From positions 33,330 to 97,329 of the forward strand of contig QCOD01000001.1 in NCBI GenBank assembly GCA_003209955.1: 64,000 bases of DNA, given 5' to 3'. Numbering within the stretch: the first letter of the stretch is position 1; every line of letters begins with the position of its first letter. Shown in pieces: positions 38,458-48,248 of this stretch. The stretch comes from OCS116 cluster bacterium AG-430-B22. Its GTDB lineage: Bacteria > Pseudomonadota > Alphaproteobacteria > MED-G09. The position numbers and the translations under genes are program-made. The notes under the pieces are model-generated. The model had not been told where the DNA came from and did not search any database. It saw only the letters and a program-made list of their open reading frames with translations.

Positions 38458-39432
38458 TTAATATAATTCAATCATTATTCCAGGTTCAACTGTGTAAAAA
38501 TTAATATTTGTTTCAGAGACTATTTTCTTCAAGCGTTCTCTAGGCTCTAAAACCGGTTCATCAGTTAATATAAAGGTTCCCCAGTGCATTCCTATACTTT
38601 TTTTAGCCTCAAGATCTATTGATATATTCAGTGCTTCCTCTGGAGTAACATGAGAATAACTCATAAACCATTCAGGATCATATGCACCAATAGGTATCAT
38701 TGCAAAATCTACCGGCCCAAGTTTATTCTTTATTTCAACAAAATCTTTTGAATAACCTGTATCTCCAGCATGAAAAATATTCTTATTATCATTTTTAATG
38801 AACCAACTTCCCCATAAACTTTTATTTCTATCTCTAAGACCTCTTGCCGACCAATGCTGCGCTGGAGTGAAAGTGAATTTTGTTTTGCTTATTATCTTAT
38901 CTTCCCACCATATGAACTCATATCCATTAATAAGTTTATAGTTTTTCAGTAATTTTAAATCACCCTTTGGAACCAAAATTTTAACATCAGGAAATTTTTT
39001 TTGTATTTTTCTTAAGCTATTTATATCAAGATGATCATAATGATTATGACTAATTGTAATAACATCAATTTTTGGTAAATCTTTAATATCGATTACAGGT
39101 TTAATTAGTCTTTTTGGTCCAGCAAAAGATAATGGAGAAGCCCTATCCGAGAATATAGGATCAAATAAAATTGTAATATCGCCATTATTAACTAGAAACG
39201 TAGAGTGGCCAATCCATAAAGCATAAAATTTACGATCATCAAAAAATTCAGAATTTATAATTTCACTTGTTTCAATAAATTCTTTTTTTGGCTCTTCCCG
39301 ACTCCAGCTCCATTTTAGAACTTCACTAAAGCTTTTTTCATTCTTCTTACCATCAGAATTGGAAAACCTATCTTCTGAAAAAGATATTGAAGTAGAAAGT
39401 AGAATTATAAAAAAAATTAATAGTAATCTCAT
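38458..39432 (-). CDS. secreted metallo-beta-lactamase-fold hydrolase (NAPE-PLD-like)
   Basis: Signal peptide; ITISHNHYDHLD (HxHxDH); downstream His/Asp ligands. Confidence 0.7.
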   Translation of the reverse strand: MRLLLIFFIILLSTSISFSEDRFSNSDGKKNEKSFSEVLKWSWSREEPKKEFIETSEIINSEFFDDRKFYALWIGHSTFLVNNGDITILFDPIFSDRASPLSFAGPKRLIKPVIDIKDLPKIDVITISHNHYDHLDINSLRKIQKKFPDVKILVPKGDLKLLKNYKLINGYEFIWWEDKIISKTKFTFTPAQHWSARGLRDRNKSLWGSWFIKNDNKNIFHAGDTGYSKDFVEIKNKLGPVDFAMIPIGAYDPEWFMSYSHVTPEEALNISIDLEAKKSIGMHWGTFILTDEPVLEPRERLKKIVSETNINFYTVEPGIMIELY

Positions 39433-39490
39433 GCAAATTATATAGTCTTAAATAGATATGTTTTCAAATAATGATTTTAAGGAATAAAAT

Positions 39491-40693
39491 ATGGAAAAAA
39501 TATACGATATTATTATCTGGGGAGCGAGTGGTTTTACAGGAAGATTAGCCGTCGATTATATTTATAAGAATCAAAATAACAGTAATTTGACATGGGCTGT
39601 AGCAGGCAGAAACGAGTCAAAGATTAAAGAGATGCTTGATGGAAAGAATGTGCCAATTCTTATTGCAGATAGCCATGATAAGGAATCCTTGGTCGATCTG
39701 GTTAAAAAAACAAAAGTAATTCTAACAACTGTTGGTCCATATGCGAGATATGGATCTGAGTTAGTAGAAGCATGTGCCGAGAATGGAACTCATTATTGTG
39801 ATCTAACAGGTGAAGTGCATTGGATGAGGCATATGATAACTAAATATCAAAATACAGCTCAAGAAAGTGGAGCAAAAATTGTTCATACTTGTGGTTTTGA
39901 CAGCATTCCGTCAGATATAGGAGTTTATTTTCTTCAGAAAAATATGCGTGAATTGTACGGTGTAAATGCAAAACAAATAAAATATAGAACAAGAGGCTTC
40001 TCAGGAGGTGCCAGCGGTGGAACTGTAGATAGTCTTATGTCAATGATGGAACAAGCCAAAAAAGATTCTTCTATTCTTAAAATTATTGCAAACCCATACG
40101 CTCTTAATGACAAAGAAAAAGGTCTAGATGGTCCGGATAAAATGTCACCATATTTTGACAAAGATTTTGACGCTTGGGTTGGCCCTTTTATTATGGCAGG
40201 AATTAATACTAGAGTAGTTAGAAGAACAAATGAATTACTCAATAATATTTATGGAGATAATTTTGAATATAATGAAGGTAGCATTACTGGAAAAGGGCCA
40301 AAAGGCTTAATTGGCGCAACAACATCTGGAGTGGTGACCGGAGGAATGGCAGGAATGGCAGCATTTTCTCCAACAAGATCGATTTTAAAAAGTTTTCTAC
40401 CTAAGCCAGGTGAGGGGCCTTCAGAAGAAACAATGGAAAATGGTTTTTTTGAAATCGAATTATTGGGCATCCACCCAACGGATAGGGATAAAGATATGAG
40501 GGTTTGGATTCATGGTGATAAAGACCCAGGATACAAATCTACCGCTAAAATGATATCGGAGAGTGCTATGGCTCTAGCTCAAAATGATTTAAGCGTTGGT
40601 GGTGGTTTTTGGACTCCCGCTTCTGCAATGGGAGATACTCTTATAAATCGCTTACCAAATGCTGGAGTAACTTTTAAGATAATGGATAGTTAA
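39491..40693 (+). CDS. saccharopine dehydrogenase-like NAD(P)-binding oxidoreductase
   Basis: YDIIIWGASGFTGRLAV Rossmann N-terminus; 400 aa, characteristic of the Sacchrp_dh family. Confidence 0.65.
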   Translation: MEKIYDIIIWGASGFTGRLAVDYIYKNQNNSNLTWAVAGRNESKIKEMLDGKNVPILIADSHDKESLVDLVKKTKVILTTVGPYARYGSELVEACAENGTHYCDLTGEVHWMRHMITKYQNTAQESGAKIVHTCGFDSIPSDIGVYFLQKNMRELYGVNAKQIKYRTRGFSGGASGGTVDSLMSMMEQAKKDSSILKIIANPYALNDKEKGLDGPDKMSPYFDKDFDAWVGPFIMAGINTRVVRRTNELLNNIYGDNFEYNEGSITGKGPKGLIGATTSGVVTGGMAGMAAFSPTRSILKSFLPKPGEGPSEETMENGFFEIELLGIHPTDRDKDMRVWIHGDKDPGYKSTAKMISESAMALAQNDLSVGGGFWTPASAMGDTLINRLPNAGVTFKIMDS

Positions 40694-40701
40694 GGAGAAT
40701 A

Positions 40702-41058
40702 TTGATGATAAAAGTTATAATGCCTATGAGAAGAAAAGAAGGTATGACAATCGATGAATTTCGAGAATACTATGAAACTAAACACAGAATAATAGGTGAG
40801 AAATATCTAACAGGATACGCTACAAAATATATAAGACGCTTTACCAACCCTTTGCCTGACAGATCAGGAAAGACATTTGATCCAGATTTTGATGTATTGA
40901 TGGAGATTTGGTATCCGGACATGGAAACATTTGAAAAATGCGCTGAAAACCTTCAAAAACCTGAAATTAAAAAAGAAATAAATGACGATGAAGAAAAAAT
41001 TTTCGATTTGTCTTTAATGAGAACCTATATTGTTGAGGAACATGAATCTGAGATGTAA
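40702..41058 (+). CDS. EthD-domain small protein (dimeric alpha/beta-barrel)
   Basis: 118 aa; MIKVIMPMRRKEGMTIDEFREYYETKH matches the start of EthD-family proteins. Confidence 0.5.
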   Translation: MMIKVIMPMRRKEGMTIDEFREYYETKHRIIGEKYLTGYATKYIRRFTNPLPDRSGKTFDPDFDVLMEIWYPDMETFEKCAENLQKPEIKKEINDDEEKIFDLSLMRTYIVEEHESEM

Positions 41059-41379
41059 GATTTTCGTTTGAAATAACTTTAAGAATCAATAAAATAAATT
41101 TATTGATAAATCAAAGCGCTTAACAAGATCAGAGAGAGCTAGAAAAAGAAGAAGTAATACCAAAACCATTATTAGTAAAAGAACTCAAAATACTTATTCT
41201 CAATTTTATAGATTAAAAATAAAAAGACAAAAAATAAAAATTAAATTAGTTCAATAAAGCTTTAAAAAATTCTAATAAAAAAGTTATCCACATAAAATTA
41301 AAAAAAAATATCGCATAAATACAAAATTTCTTATTAGATGATAATCATTCTCAGTTTTAAAAATAATAAGGAGGGTTAT
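41059..41379 (+). promoter_or_regulatory. unusually long (321 bp) AT-rich non-coding leader ending in a strong SD (AAGGAGGG) before the small-membrane-protein gene pair
   Basis: No ORF on either strand; other intergenic gaps in the window are mostly 0-120 bp. Confidence 0.4.
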
Positions 41380-41781
41380 ATGACTGAATATCAAATTCTA
41401 AATATGTTTTGGATGCAAGCTATAAGCAATGCAATGTTTCAATTAGGCGTTTTTGTTCTTTTGTGGGCTGCATTAAGAGGATCATTAAGGATTTATGATC
41501 AAGGAGCTAATTTACCTACAAAAATTATTAGTTCTTTATTCGGGCTTGGCATAGTTTATAGCGGTTTACAGATTTCTGGGTTCTTTTCTATTAATTGGAG
41601 AAGTACTTCATATTCTTTAGGGCAATTAGAGAATTTATCTCCGCATTCACAAAGATTTGTTGATTTTTTACCAATTTCCGATCCTCCTGAATTTTCATTA
41701 ATCCCATGGGATCCAATCACGGGCGTATGGTGGATAGTAGTTATTATCGCTCTTCTTGCGCCAATTTGGGTAAAGAAATAA
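41380..41781 (+). CDS. small 3-TM membrane protein, paralog A
   Basis: ATG at 41380 with AAGGAGGG RBS; 133 aa; shares a conserved core with paralog B (LPTKIISSLFGLGIVYSGLQ vs LFTKVVSSLFGLITLAYAWQ). Confidence 0.6.
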   Translation: MTEYQILNMFWMQAISNAMFQLGVFVLLWAALRGSLRIYDQGANLPTKIISSLFGLGIVYSGLQISGFFSINWRSTSYSLGQLENLSPHSQRFVDFLPISDPPEFSLIPWDPITGVWWIVVIIALLAPIWVKK

Positions 41782-41833
41782 AAATAATAAAAAATTATAA
41801 AAATCTATTCATTATTTAAGAAAGGAGAAAAAA

Positions 41834-42238
41834 ATGGATGAATTACAAATATGGACATTGTTTAGCTCGAACAGAATCGGTTCAGCTTTAATTGGAATAG
41901 GTATCATTTTGGCTATTTGGCTGTCTTTAAGAATTGCAAAGGCAACAAGAGAGTCAGACGAGGCAAATCTTTTTACAAAAGTTGTTTCCAGTCTTTTTGG
42001 TCTAATAACTCTTGCCTATGCTTGGCAACAATACACAATTGGTGGAAATATTAGAGTAGCTGCAGCGCAAAATCTTTCAAATTTAAAAGAGAGCGGTACA
42101 GAGCTTTCACAGGTTGCAGAAGGTTTTATTTCTAATGTTGGAACTACTTTTTCTCCTACGCCATCGGTATTAGGTATAGCATTTATTGTGGTTATAGCAG
42201 TTATGATTCTTGGACAGATTTGGCTTCCAAAAAATTAA
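41834..42238 (+). CDS. small 3-TM membrane protein, paralog B
   Basis: 134 aa; AAAGGAG RBS; same topology as paralog A (2 N-terminal TMs, soluble segment, C-terminal TM). Confidence 0.6.
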   Translation: MDELQIWTLFSSNRIGSALIGIGIILAIWLSLRIAKATRESDEANLFTKVVSSLFGLITLAYAWQQYTIGGNIRVAAAQNLSNLKESGTELSQVAEGFISNVGTTFSPTPSVLGIAFIVVIAVMILGQIWLPKN

Positions 42239-42257
42239 ATTTAAAAGAAAAAAAATT

Positions 42258-42290
42258 AAAGCGTCCTTGTTTAAGGGCGCTTTTTATTTT
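42258..42290. terminator. bidirectional rho-independent terminator between convergent genes
   Basis: aaagcgtcc-ttgtttaa-gggcgc stem-loop flanked by A-run upstream and tttttatttt downstream; overlaps the stop of the minus-strand Rieske gene. Confidence 0.65.
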
Positions 42291-43720
42291 GGAAGCTTTC
42301 CACTTAAGTAATCGTGAAGCGTTTCATGAAAGTATCTAACTCTTGTTTCTTGAGCTGCAAGATAAGGCTCTTGGTATCCTTTAGACCTAACACCTCTTCT
42401 TAAACCATCAGTAAGTTGCCAGTCTTGGTAAACGACATGATCCCATAAGTCTTCAACTCCTTTGCCGCCATCATAATCTCTAAAATCTAATTCAACTTCT
42501 TGAAGTTTTACGGGGTTTACTTTAGTACGACTAAGAAATTCCTGGTCGTTAGCCTCATCTTTTTTACCTATACCTGCAGAGGTTGAAGTAAATTTTTGAT
42601 CGTTGTCTCTGCCTGTTTTTCCTATACCTTTTGCTGATCCACCAATTGGATATCCCATATCCCAAAGATCAAAAAAACATTTTTCAGGATCAGTTGGATG
42701 TGGAAACCAGTTTAAGAGAATACAACCATCTGCTTGTATACCCATAGCAATATTTGGAAAAATGAATTGAAAAGGGCTTTCTGTTAATTCTTCATCAGAT
42801 AGGTTTTCATAATGATGATAACCTTTTTCTTTATATAATTTTCTTTTTGCTTTTTTTAAATCTGTCCAACCCTGCTCAGATAACGTTTCATAATCAGGAT
42901 ACTGACTCACATCAACTCCCCAACTTTCAAGTATAATTTTGAACGGATGATCTTCATCTTCTTTTACTCTATCTCTTAATGATGGTCGACCCATTTGAAT
43001 TATTCTTGCATGACCTTTTGGAAACATTTCATATCTTGAAGTAAAATGATCTTGGTCAATTACTGAAGGGACCTGCGGATGTACAAATCGAGTATGATAT
43101 GACTCATTAAAATTATCGCAAAAGAATTTCCAATTAACATCCAACTCAACTCTAACCCATTGGGCTCTAATTTGGTCTTTGAAATTGTGATTTTTATATA
43201 TCTCAGGAATTGGGTCTAAATAATCCATAAGATCAGGAGCTTGATCGCTCATAGTGTAAAAAATGAAACCATCCCATGTATCAACTCTAACTTCGACTAG
43301 CTTTCTTTTACCTACTGGACTTCCTTGAGGATAGTCATCTTCATCAGGAACACTTATTACATCGCCATTTAACCCAAATTGCCAATCATGATAAGGGCAT
43401 CGAAAAGAGTCTTGTGAACTATCGCATTCAACTAGTCTTTGACCTCGATGCGCACAGCTATTGTAGAAACCTCTTAAAGATCCATCTTTTTGTCTTACAA
43501 TGATAACGGACTCTTTAACTAAATCATGAACTATATAATCACCTGGTTCTTCAATTTGCACTTCTCTACCAGCTATTAACCATACCTTTGTCCACATATG
43601 GTTCCATTCTTTATCCATAAAATCTTTACAAAAATAACGATCGTTAGTTATTGAGTCGCCTCTTAATTCATTAGGATTTTTACCGTCTAATACTGATGGA
43701 TGTTTGATTATTTTATCCAT
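42284..43720 (-). CDS. Rieske [2Fe-2S] non-heme-iron oxygenase, alpha subunit
   Basis: CAHRG-x17-CPYHDWQF; DNFNESYHTRFVHP; 478 aa. Confidence 0.85.
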   Translation of the reverse strand: MDKIIKHPSVLDGKNPNELRGDSITNDRYFCKDFMDKEWNHMWTKVWLIAGREVQIEEPGDYIVHDLVKESVIIVRQKDGSLRGFYNSCAHRGQRLVECDSSQDSFRCPYHDWQFGLNGDVISVPDEDDYPQGSPVGKRKLVEVRVDTWDGFIFYTMSDQAPDLMDYLDPIPEIYKNHNFKDQIRAQWVRVELDVNWKFFCDNFNESYHTRFVHPQVPSVIDQDHFTSRYEMFPKGHARIIQMGRPSLRDRVKEDEDHPFKIILESWGVDVSQYPDYETLSEQGWTDLKKAKRKLYKEKGYHHYENLSDEELTESPFQFIFPNIAMGIQADGCILLNWFPHPTDPEKCFFDLWDMGYPIGGSAKGIGKTGRDNDQKFTSTSAGIGKKDEANDQEFLSRTKVNPVKLQEVELDFRDYDGGKGVEDLWDHVVYQDWQLTDGLRRGVRSKGYQEPYLAAQETRVRYFHETLHDYLSGKLPK

Positions 43721-43787
43721 TTTCCCCCAAGAAAAATTATCTATTAATTAATAATAATATTATTTAACTAGAAAAAAACAAATTTTG

Positions 43788-45104
43788 CTATCGATTTATA
43801 TATCTATCGATAAAATTATGAAATTGTTGGACGCGATTTTCTTGTCCCGATAAATACGCCCCTTCAAAACCACTTGAATGAAAGCCTAGTTGTTGGGCAC
43901 TAGCTCTTTCTAGGTCTTGGTCAGCCACATCACTAAGAGTTTCCTCACCAAATATGACAACTCTTTTTTCTACCTCTTCCCAAGGAACCATATCTTCAGG
44001 AGATGCAACTAGATCAGAATCATTAGACTTTAATGCAAAACCCCAATGATCAAATATAGATTTATTTGGATCGTCAGGATGTGGCTCTGTTCTTTGTAAA
44101 GAGACAACATTTGCCGTATATGTAATTGATGTTCCCGGAAAAATATTGAAATGAAATGCATCAGTTAACCATGCGTCAGGCAAATTCTCAAAATGATCGA
44201 ACCCCCTTTCTTTCCCAAGCTTCTTTTTTTGATTTTGTAAACTTTCTCTAACCAAATGAGCTTTTTTATTAAAATCTTCTGGGTTTAAATTCCAATAAGT
44301 TAGCTCAGCTTCTAATTTTTCATTCATCTCAAAAGTTTTTGAGTTTCTAAGTGAAGGAAGAGATCCCTTCATTTTCATTAAGTTATGACCTGTTTCATAG
44401 AGTTCAAAGTCAGTATTTTTGTAATCATCATCATAATAATCACTAATTTGAGGGTGAGTTGCGGGTAGATGATAAGATTCACAGAAATTATCCCTTAATG
44501 CTTTCCAATTAAAAGGAACTTCACAAACTTTATAATATACTCTTTTTAAGCCCTCATTATCATACATATCTAAATATTTAGTTATTTCACCGAGAAAACC
44601 TTTTAAAGGAAAACAATTTTTATCCATATTATACCATATAAAACCTGCATATTCTTCACATGGTATTTCATTAAGCTTTAGTTTTCCGCATGGGTTACCC
44701 TGCGGAAAATCATCGTCATCTTGAGCATAAATTAATTCACCTTCATAATTAAATTTCCATCCATGATATGTGCATCTAAAATCACTAACAAAACCTGCAT
44801 CAACATGAACAAGTCTGTTTCCTCTGTGTGGGCAGACATTATGAAAAGCTCTAACTTTATTGTGTTTATTTCTAACCAGTAAAATTGACTCTCTACCGAT
44901 ATTATGAGTTACAAAATCTCCTTCTTTTTCGAGTTCTCTTCCCCAGCAACCAATATTCCAAACTTTTGACCATAATTTTGATAGTTCTTTTTCCATAAAA
45001 TCTTTTGAAGTATATCTATCACCTGTAATTTTTACTTCTTCATCGTAAATTCTATTAGCTGAACCGCTTACGCTTGCTTTTCTTTGTTTTTCTGGATCTT
45101 CCAA
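43788..45104 (-). CDS. Rieske [2Fe-2S] non-heme-iron oxygenase, alpha subunit
   Basis: CPHRG-x17-CTYHGWKF; DNFCESYHLPATHP; 438 aa. Confidence 0.85.
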   Translation of the reverse strand: MEDPEKQRKASVSGSANRIYDEEVKITGDRYTSKDFMEKELSKLWSKVWNIGCWGRELEKEGDFVTHNIGRESILLVRNKHNKVRAFHNVCPHRGNRLVHVDAGFVSDFRCTYHGWKFNYEGELIYAQDDDDFPQGNPCGKLKLNEIPCEEYAGFIWYNMDKNCFPLKGFLGEITKYLDMYDNEGLKRVYYKVCEVPFNWKALRDNFCESYHLPATHPQISDYYDDDYKNTDFELYETGHNLMKMKGSLPSLRNSKTFEMNEKLEAELTYWNLNPEDFNKKAHLVRESLQNQKKKLGKERGFDHFENLPDAWLTDAFHFNIFPGTSITYTANVVSLQRTEPHPDDPNKSIFDHWGFALKSNDSDLVASPEDMVPWEEVEKRVVIFGEETLSDVADQDLERASAQQLGFHSSGFEGAYLSGQENRVQQFHNFIDRYINR

Positions 45105-45225
45105 AATATCCTCTTTAATCTATTATTTATATTTTATATAATTTGTATTGATATAAATGATATTAGCAATATACTATTTTATTATTAATAAGTAAATTCT
45201 ACGAAATAATTATTGGGGAGTCATT

Positions 45226-47682
45226 ATGAAAGTTTTTAATTCTTTATCATTTTCATTTATTTTAGTTTTTAGTTTCAATGTTTTAAATGCTCAAGAAGAG
45301 CCATTAGTTAATTTATCAAGCAGTATTGAAGAAATAGTTGTTACTGCAAGAGCAACAGATGAATCTATAAGGGATATCCCTGTATCAATTACTGCCTATG
45401 ATGAGGAAGCTCTTGAAACATTTGGAATTAAAGACCTCCAAGATTTAGCAGCTTCATCTGCATCACTTGAAATTGGTCAAATAAATAGCGGAAGCGGTTT
45501 CCAAATAGCAGTAAGGGGTATTTCCTCTAGTCCTGGAAGTATTGGAATTGAGCAATCAGTAGCGCTAATGATTGATGGCGTTTATTATCCACAAGGTAGA
45601 ACTATACATGAAGGATTATTTGATGCTAGCCAAGTGGCTATTTTAAAAGGCCCCCAAGCATTATATTTTGGTAAAAATGCTACTGCTGGAGCTATAGTCA
45701 TTACAACTAATGATCCTGGAGAAGAAACTGAGTGGTCAGCAAAAATATCTAATGAATTTGAATATAAAAATAAATCAGCAGAGTTAGTTTTTTCAACACC
45801 TATAAGTGATAATTGGGGAGTAAGACTTGCTTTGAAAAGTTCAAAAATGGATGAAGGCTGGATCATTAATGATGCAGGTGAAACTAGCTATAATACACTT
45901 GATGTAGGTAATGGTTTTGCTGCATCTTCATACCCAAATGATAAAGCATATGATTTTGCTCCTCAAACAGAAAATACATTTGCAAGAATAACTTTGAAAG
46001 GTCAGCTTGCAGACAATATTACATTAAAAGTAAAAGCATCCACTGCTGAAACTGAAAATACTTCTCTTGCTCTGCACGAAAATTTTGAATGTCTTACTCT
46101 AAACGGAGTATCGCATGTTAATTCAGGAGTTGGACCAGGCGGCATTCAAGCACCACTTCCTAACCCCAATGATATAACGGCTTGTAATAAAGATGGTAGA
46201 CGTGGATCTAATCCTATTCCTAAAGCTGTTGCTGATGTTACACCACTTGAAGGACAGTTTGGAGGGGCTCTTGGAGAAGTTTATGAGTCTAATATTATAA
46301 CTGCGAGTCTTGATATTGAATTAGATAATTATGATATATTAACTGTAGCTAATATTGCTGAACAAGAGGTTGGCTGGGTTATTGACTGTGATGGAACTGC
46401 ATTTACAAGTTGTTTTGCTGGTGAAGGCAACAGTTATGAAAATATAGCTATTGAGTCTAAAATTGTATCAAAAAATTCTGGTAATTTTAATTGGGCTTTT
46501 GGTGTCTATTATCAGGAATGGGAGTTAAATTTTGCTCAAGAAGTTACTTTTGCTAATTTGGAAGATTCATCAGCACCAGACATTTATCGTTATCTAGCTT
46601 ATAACAAGATCTCTCAAACTGAGGGTGAGGCTATATCAGTTTATGGTGAAGCTATTTGGGATATAAATGAGAATTTACAATTAACTGCTGGAGGTAGATT
46701 TATTAAAGAGGAAAAAGATTCCTATTTTACCCAACCTTATGCAAATGCAGCAGTTCTTGGGTTATTTAATTTAGGTAGATTTATTGAAGTTGAAACTGAT
46801 CTTGATGATTTTGTTCCTGAGGTAACACTTCGTTATCAACCCAATGATAATACAACTTATTATGTCGCTTATAAAGAAGGCTGGAAGTCTGGAGGATTTG
46901 ATAATGGTACAATTGATAGCACATTAAATATAGATCCATATAAAGATATTCAATATGATCCAGAAACCGTTAAAGGTTTTGAATTAGGCGTTAAGACTCT
47001 GTTATTTGATGGAGCTATGAAACTTGATCTTGATCTATACACCTATGAATATGATGACTTACAGCTTAATTATTTTAATGCTGCTATATTTGCTTATAGA
47101 ACTCTTAATGCACCAGAGTCAGAATCAAAAGGTTTCGATTTAGCGGTTACATACTACCCGCCTTTGATAGAAGGTTTACTATTAAATGCATCTGTATCAT
47201 ACAATGAGGCTGCCTATAAGAAATTTAATGGCCCTTGTTATAGCGGACAAAAGCCATCTGAAGGTTGTAATATTGGAACAGGTCCATTGAAAGATCAAAA
47301 TCTCGATGGCAATCAAATGGCCCTAGCTCCTGAACTAAGGATTAATTATGGGTTTAATTTTTCTACCCCTATAGGTAATGGTTTAGATCTTGGAATTAAT
47401 CTTAATGCAAAATTTTCTGACGATTATCCTTTAACCGCATGGATTAATGCTAAACAAGAGTCTTATACTACTGTTGATTCATCTGTATTTATAAATTCTG
47501 ATAGTGGCTGGTCTGTTGGCTTAATAGGAAGAAACCTAAGTGATGAATATATTCAAACAATTTCTGCCGAAACTCCATCAACCGGTGGTAATACAGGTAC
47601 AGAATTCGGCTTCCCTGCCGACAGATATGCCTATGTTAAGCCTGGTAGAACACTTATGCTTGAGTTATCTTACAAGAGATAA
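45226..47682 (+). CDS. TonB-dependent outer-membrane receptor
   Basis: Signal peptide; TonB-box-like EEIVVTAR; plug motifs (ISSSPGSIG...DGVYY; LKGPQALYFG.NATAGAI); about 820 aa beta-barrel-sized C-terminal region. Confidence 0.8.
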   Translation: MKVFNSLSFSFILVFSFNVLNAQEEPLVNLSSSIEEIVVTARATDESIRDIPVSITAYDEEALETFGIKDLQDLAASSASLEIGQINSGSGFQIAVRGISSSPGSIGIEQSVALMIDGVYYPQGRTIHEGLFDASQVAILKGPQALYFGKNATAGAIVITTNDPGEETEWSAKISNEFEYKNKSAELVFSTPISDNWGVRLALKSSKMDEGWIINDAGETSYNTLDVGNGFAASSYPNDKAYDFAPQTENTFARITLKGQLADNITLKVKASTAETENTSLALHENFECLTLNGVSHVNSGVGPGGIQAPLPNPNDITACNKDGRRGSNPIPKAVADVTPLEGQFGGALGEVYESNIITASLDIELDNYDILTVANIAEQEVGWVIDCDGTAFTSCFAGEGNSYENIAIESKIVSKNSGNFNWAFGVYYQEWELNFAQEVTFANLEDSSAPDIYRYLAYNKISQTEGEAISVYGEAIWDINENLQLTAGGRFIKEEKDSYFTQPYANAAVLGLFNLGRFIEVETDLDDFVPEVTLRYQPNDNTTYYVAYKEGWKSGGFDNGTIDSTLNIDPYKDIQYDPETVKGFELGVKTLLFDGAMKLDLDLYTYEYDDLQLNYFNAAIFAYRTLNAPESESKGFDLAVTYYPPLIEGLLLNASVSYNEAAYKKFNGPCYSGQKPSEGCNIGTGPLKDQNLDGNQMALAPELRINYGFNFSTPIGNGLDLGINLNAKFSDDYPLTAWINAKQESYTTVDSSVFINSDSGWSVGLIGRNLSDEYIQTISAETPSTGGNTGTEFGFPADRYAYVKPGRTLMLELSYKR

Positions 47683-47699
47683 TTAAAATATAGATAAAT

Positions 47700-47737
47700 A
47701 AGCCCTAAATTTTAATTGATTTGGGGCTTTTTTATGT
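47700..47737. terminator. rho-independent terminator between convergent genes (TonB-dependent receptor + / NTF2-like -)
   Basis: aagcccta-aattttaattgatt-tggggctt stem-loop (one mismatch) followed by ttttt. Confidence 0.5.
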
Positions 47738-48145
47738 AGTATGTAAAATTGAAAAAGTCCTTTTTTGGAAATACCAATGACCATCAATTTTAATAAATTC
47801 ATCATGATATTGTCCGTGAGTTTGTGATTTAATATTTTCTTTATCTGTACCTACCTCGATTGTATATGTTGTTCCTTTAGCGATATTTCCATCAATTGTT
47901 AAAGATCCAAGCAGAGCTACAAATACTATGTATTCGTAATTACTCATGGCTTCTTCCCATTTTTTTACAATTTGATCTCTTCCTTCAACTTTTTCAAGAC
48001 CAGGAAAGTTTGGAACGCTCCAAATTGCATCTTCAGACCATGTATTACCCCAATCTTTTGAATCATTTCTACTAACTGAATCTCCATATGACATTACCAA
48101 TTCGTGAAGAGCTAGTTTATCTTCAGTATTTCCAACAAAACTCAT
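47732..48145 (-). CDS. NTF2-like small protein (paralog of 36682..37080)
   Basis: KLALHELVMSYGDSVSRNDSKDWGNTWSEDAIWSVP parallels KLAIRELLDRYCDGVNQRDADIWGSTWSENAIWEIP. Confidence 0.5.
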   Translation of the reverse strand: MSFVGNTEDKLALHELVMSYGDSVSRNDSKDWGNTWSEDAIWSVPNFPGLEKVEGRDQIVKKWEEAMSNYEYIVFVALLGSLTIDGNIAKGTTYTIEVGTDKENIKSQTHGQYHDEFIKIDGHWYFQKRTFSILHTT

Positions 48146-48248
48146 GTTATCTCCTATTATTTATTTTATATTTTTTATATTAATACTATAAGATATAAGA
48201 GAGTAAATTCATAAAAGTTTTGAAACTGATTAACAATATGAAGTATTA

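Noticed and set aside
41059-41379. Checked the long AT-rich spacer for a tRNA or other structured RNA gene
   Set aside because: There are no GC-rich stems or a T-psi-C-like GTTC box, and the sequence is over 80% A+T. I cannot support an RNA gene call by eye; it is kept only as a putative regulatory leader.
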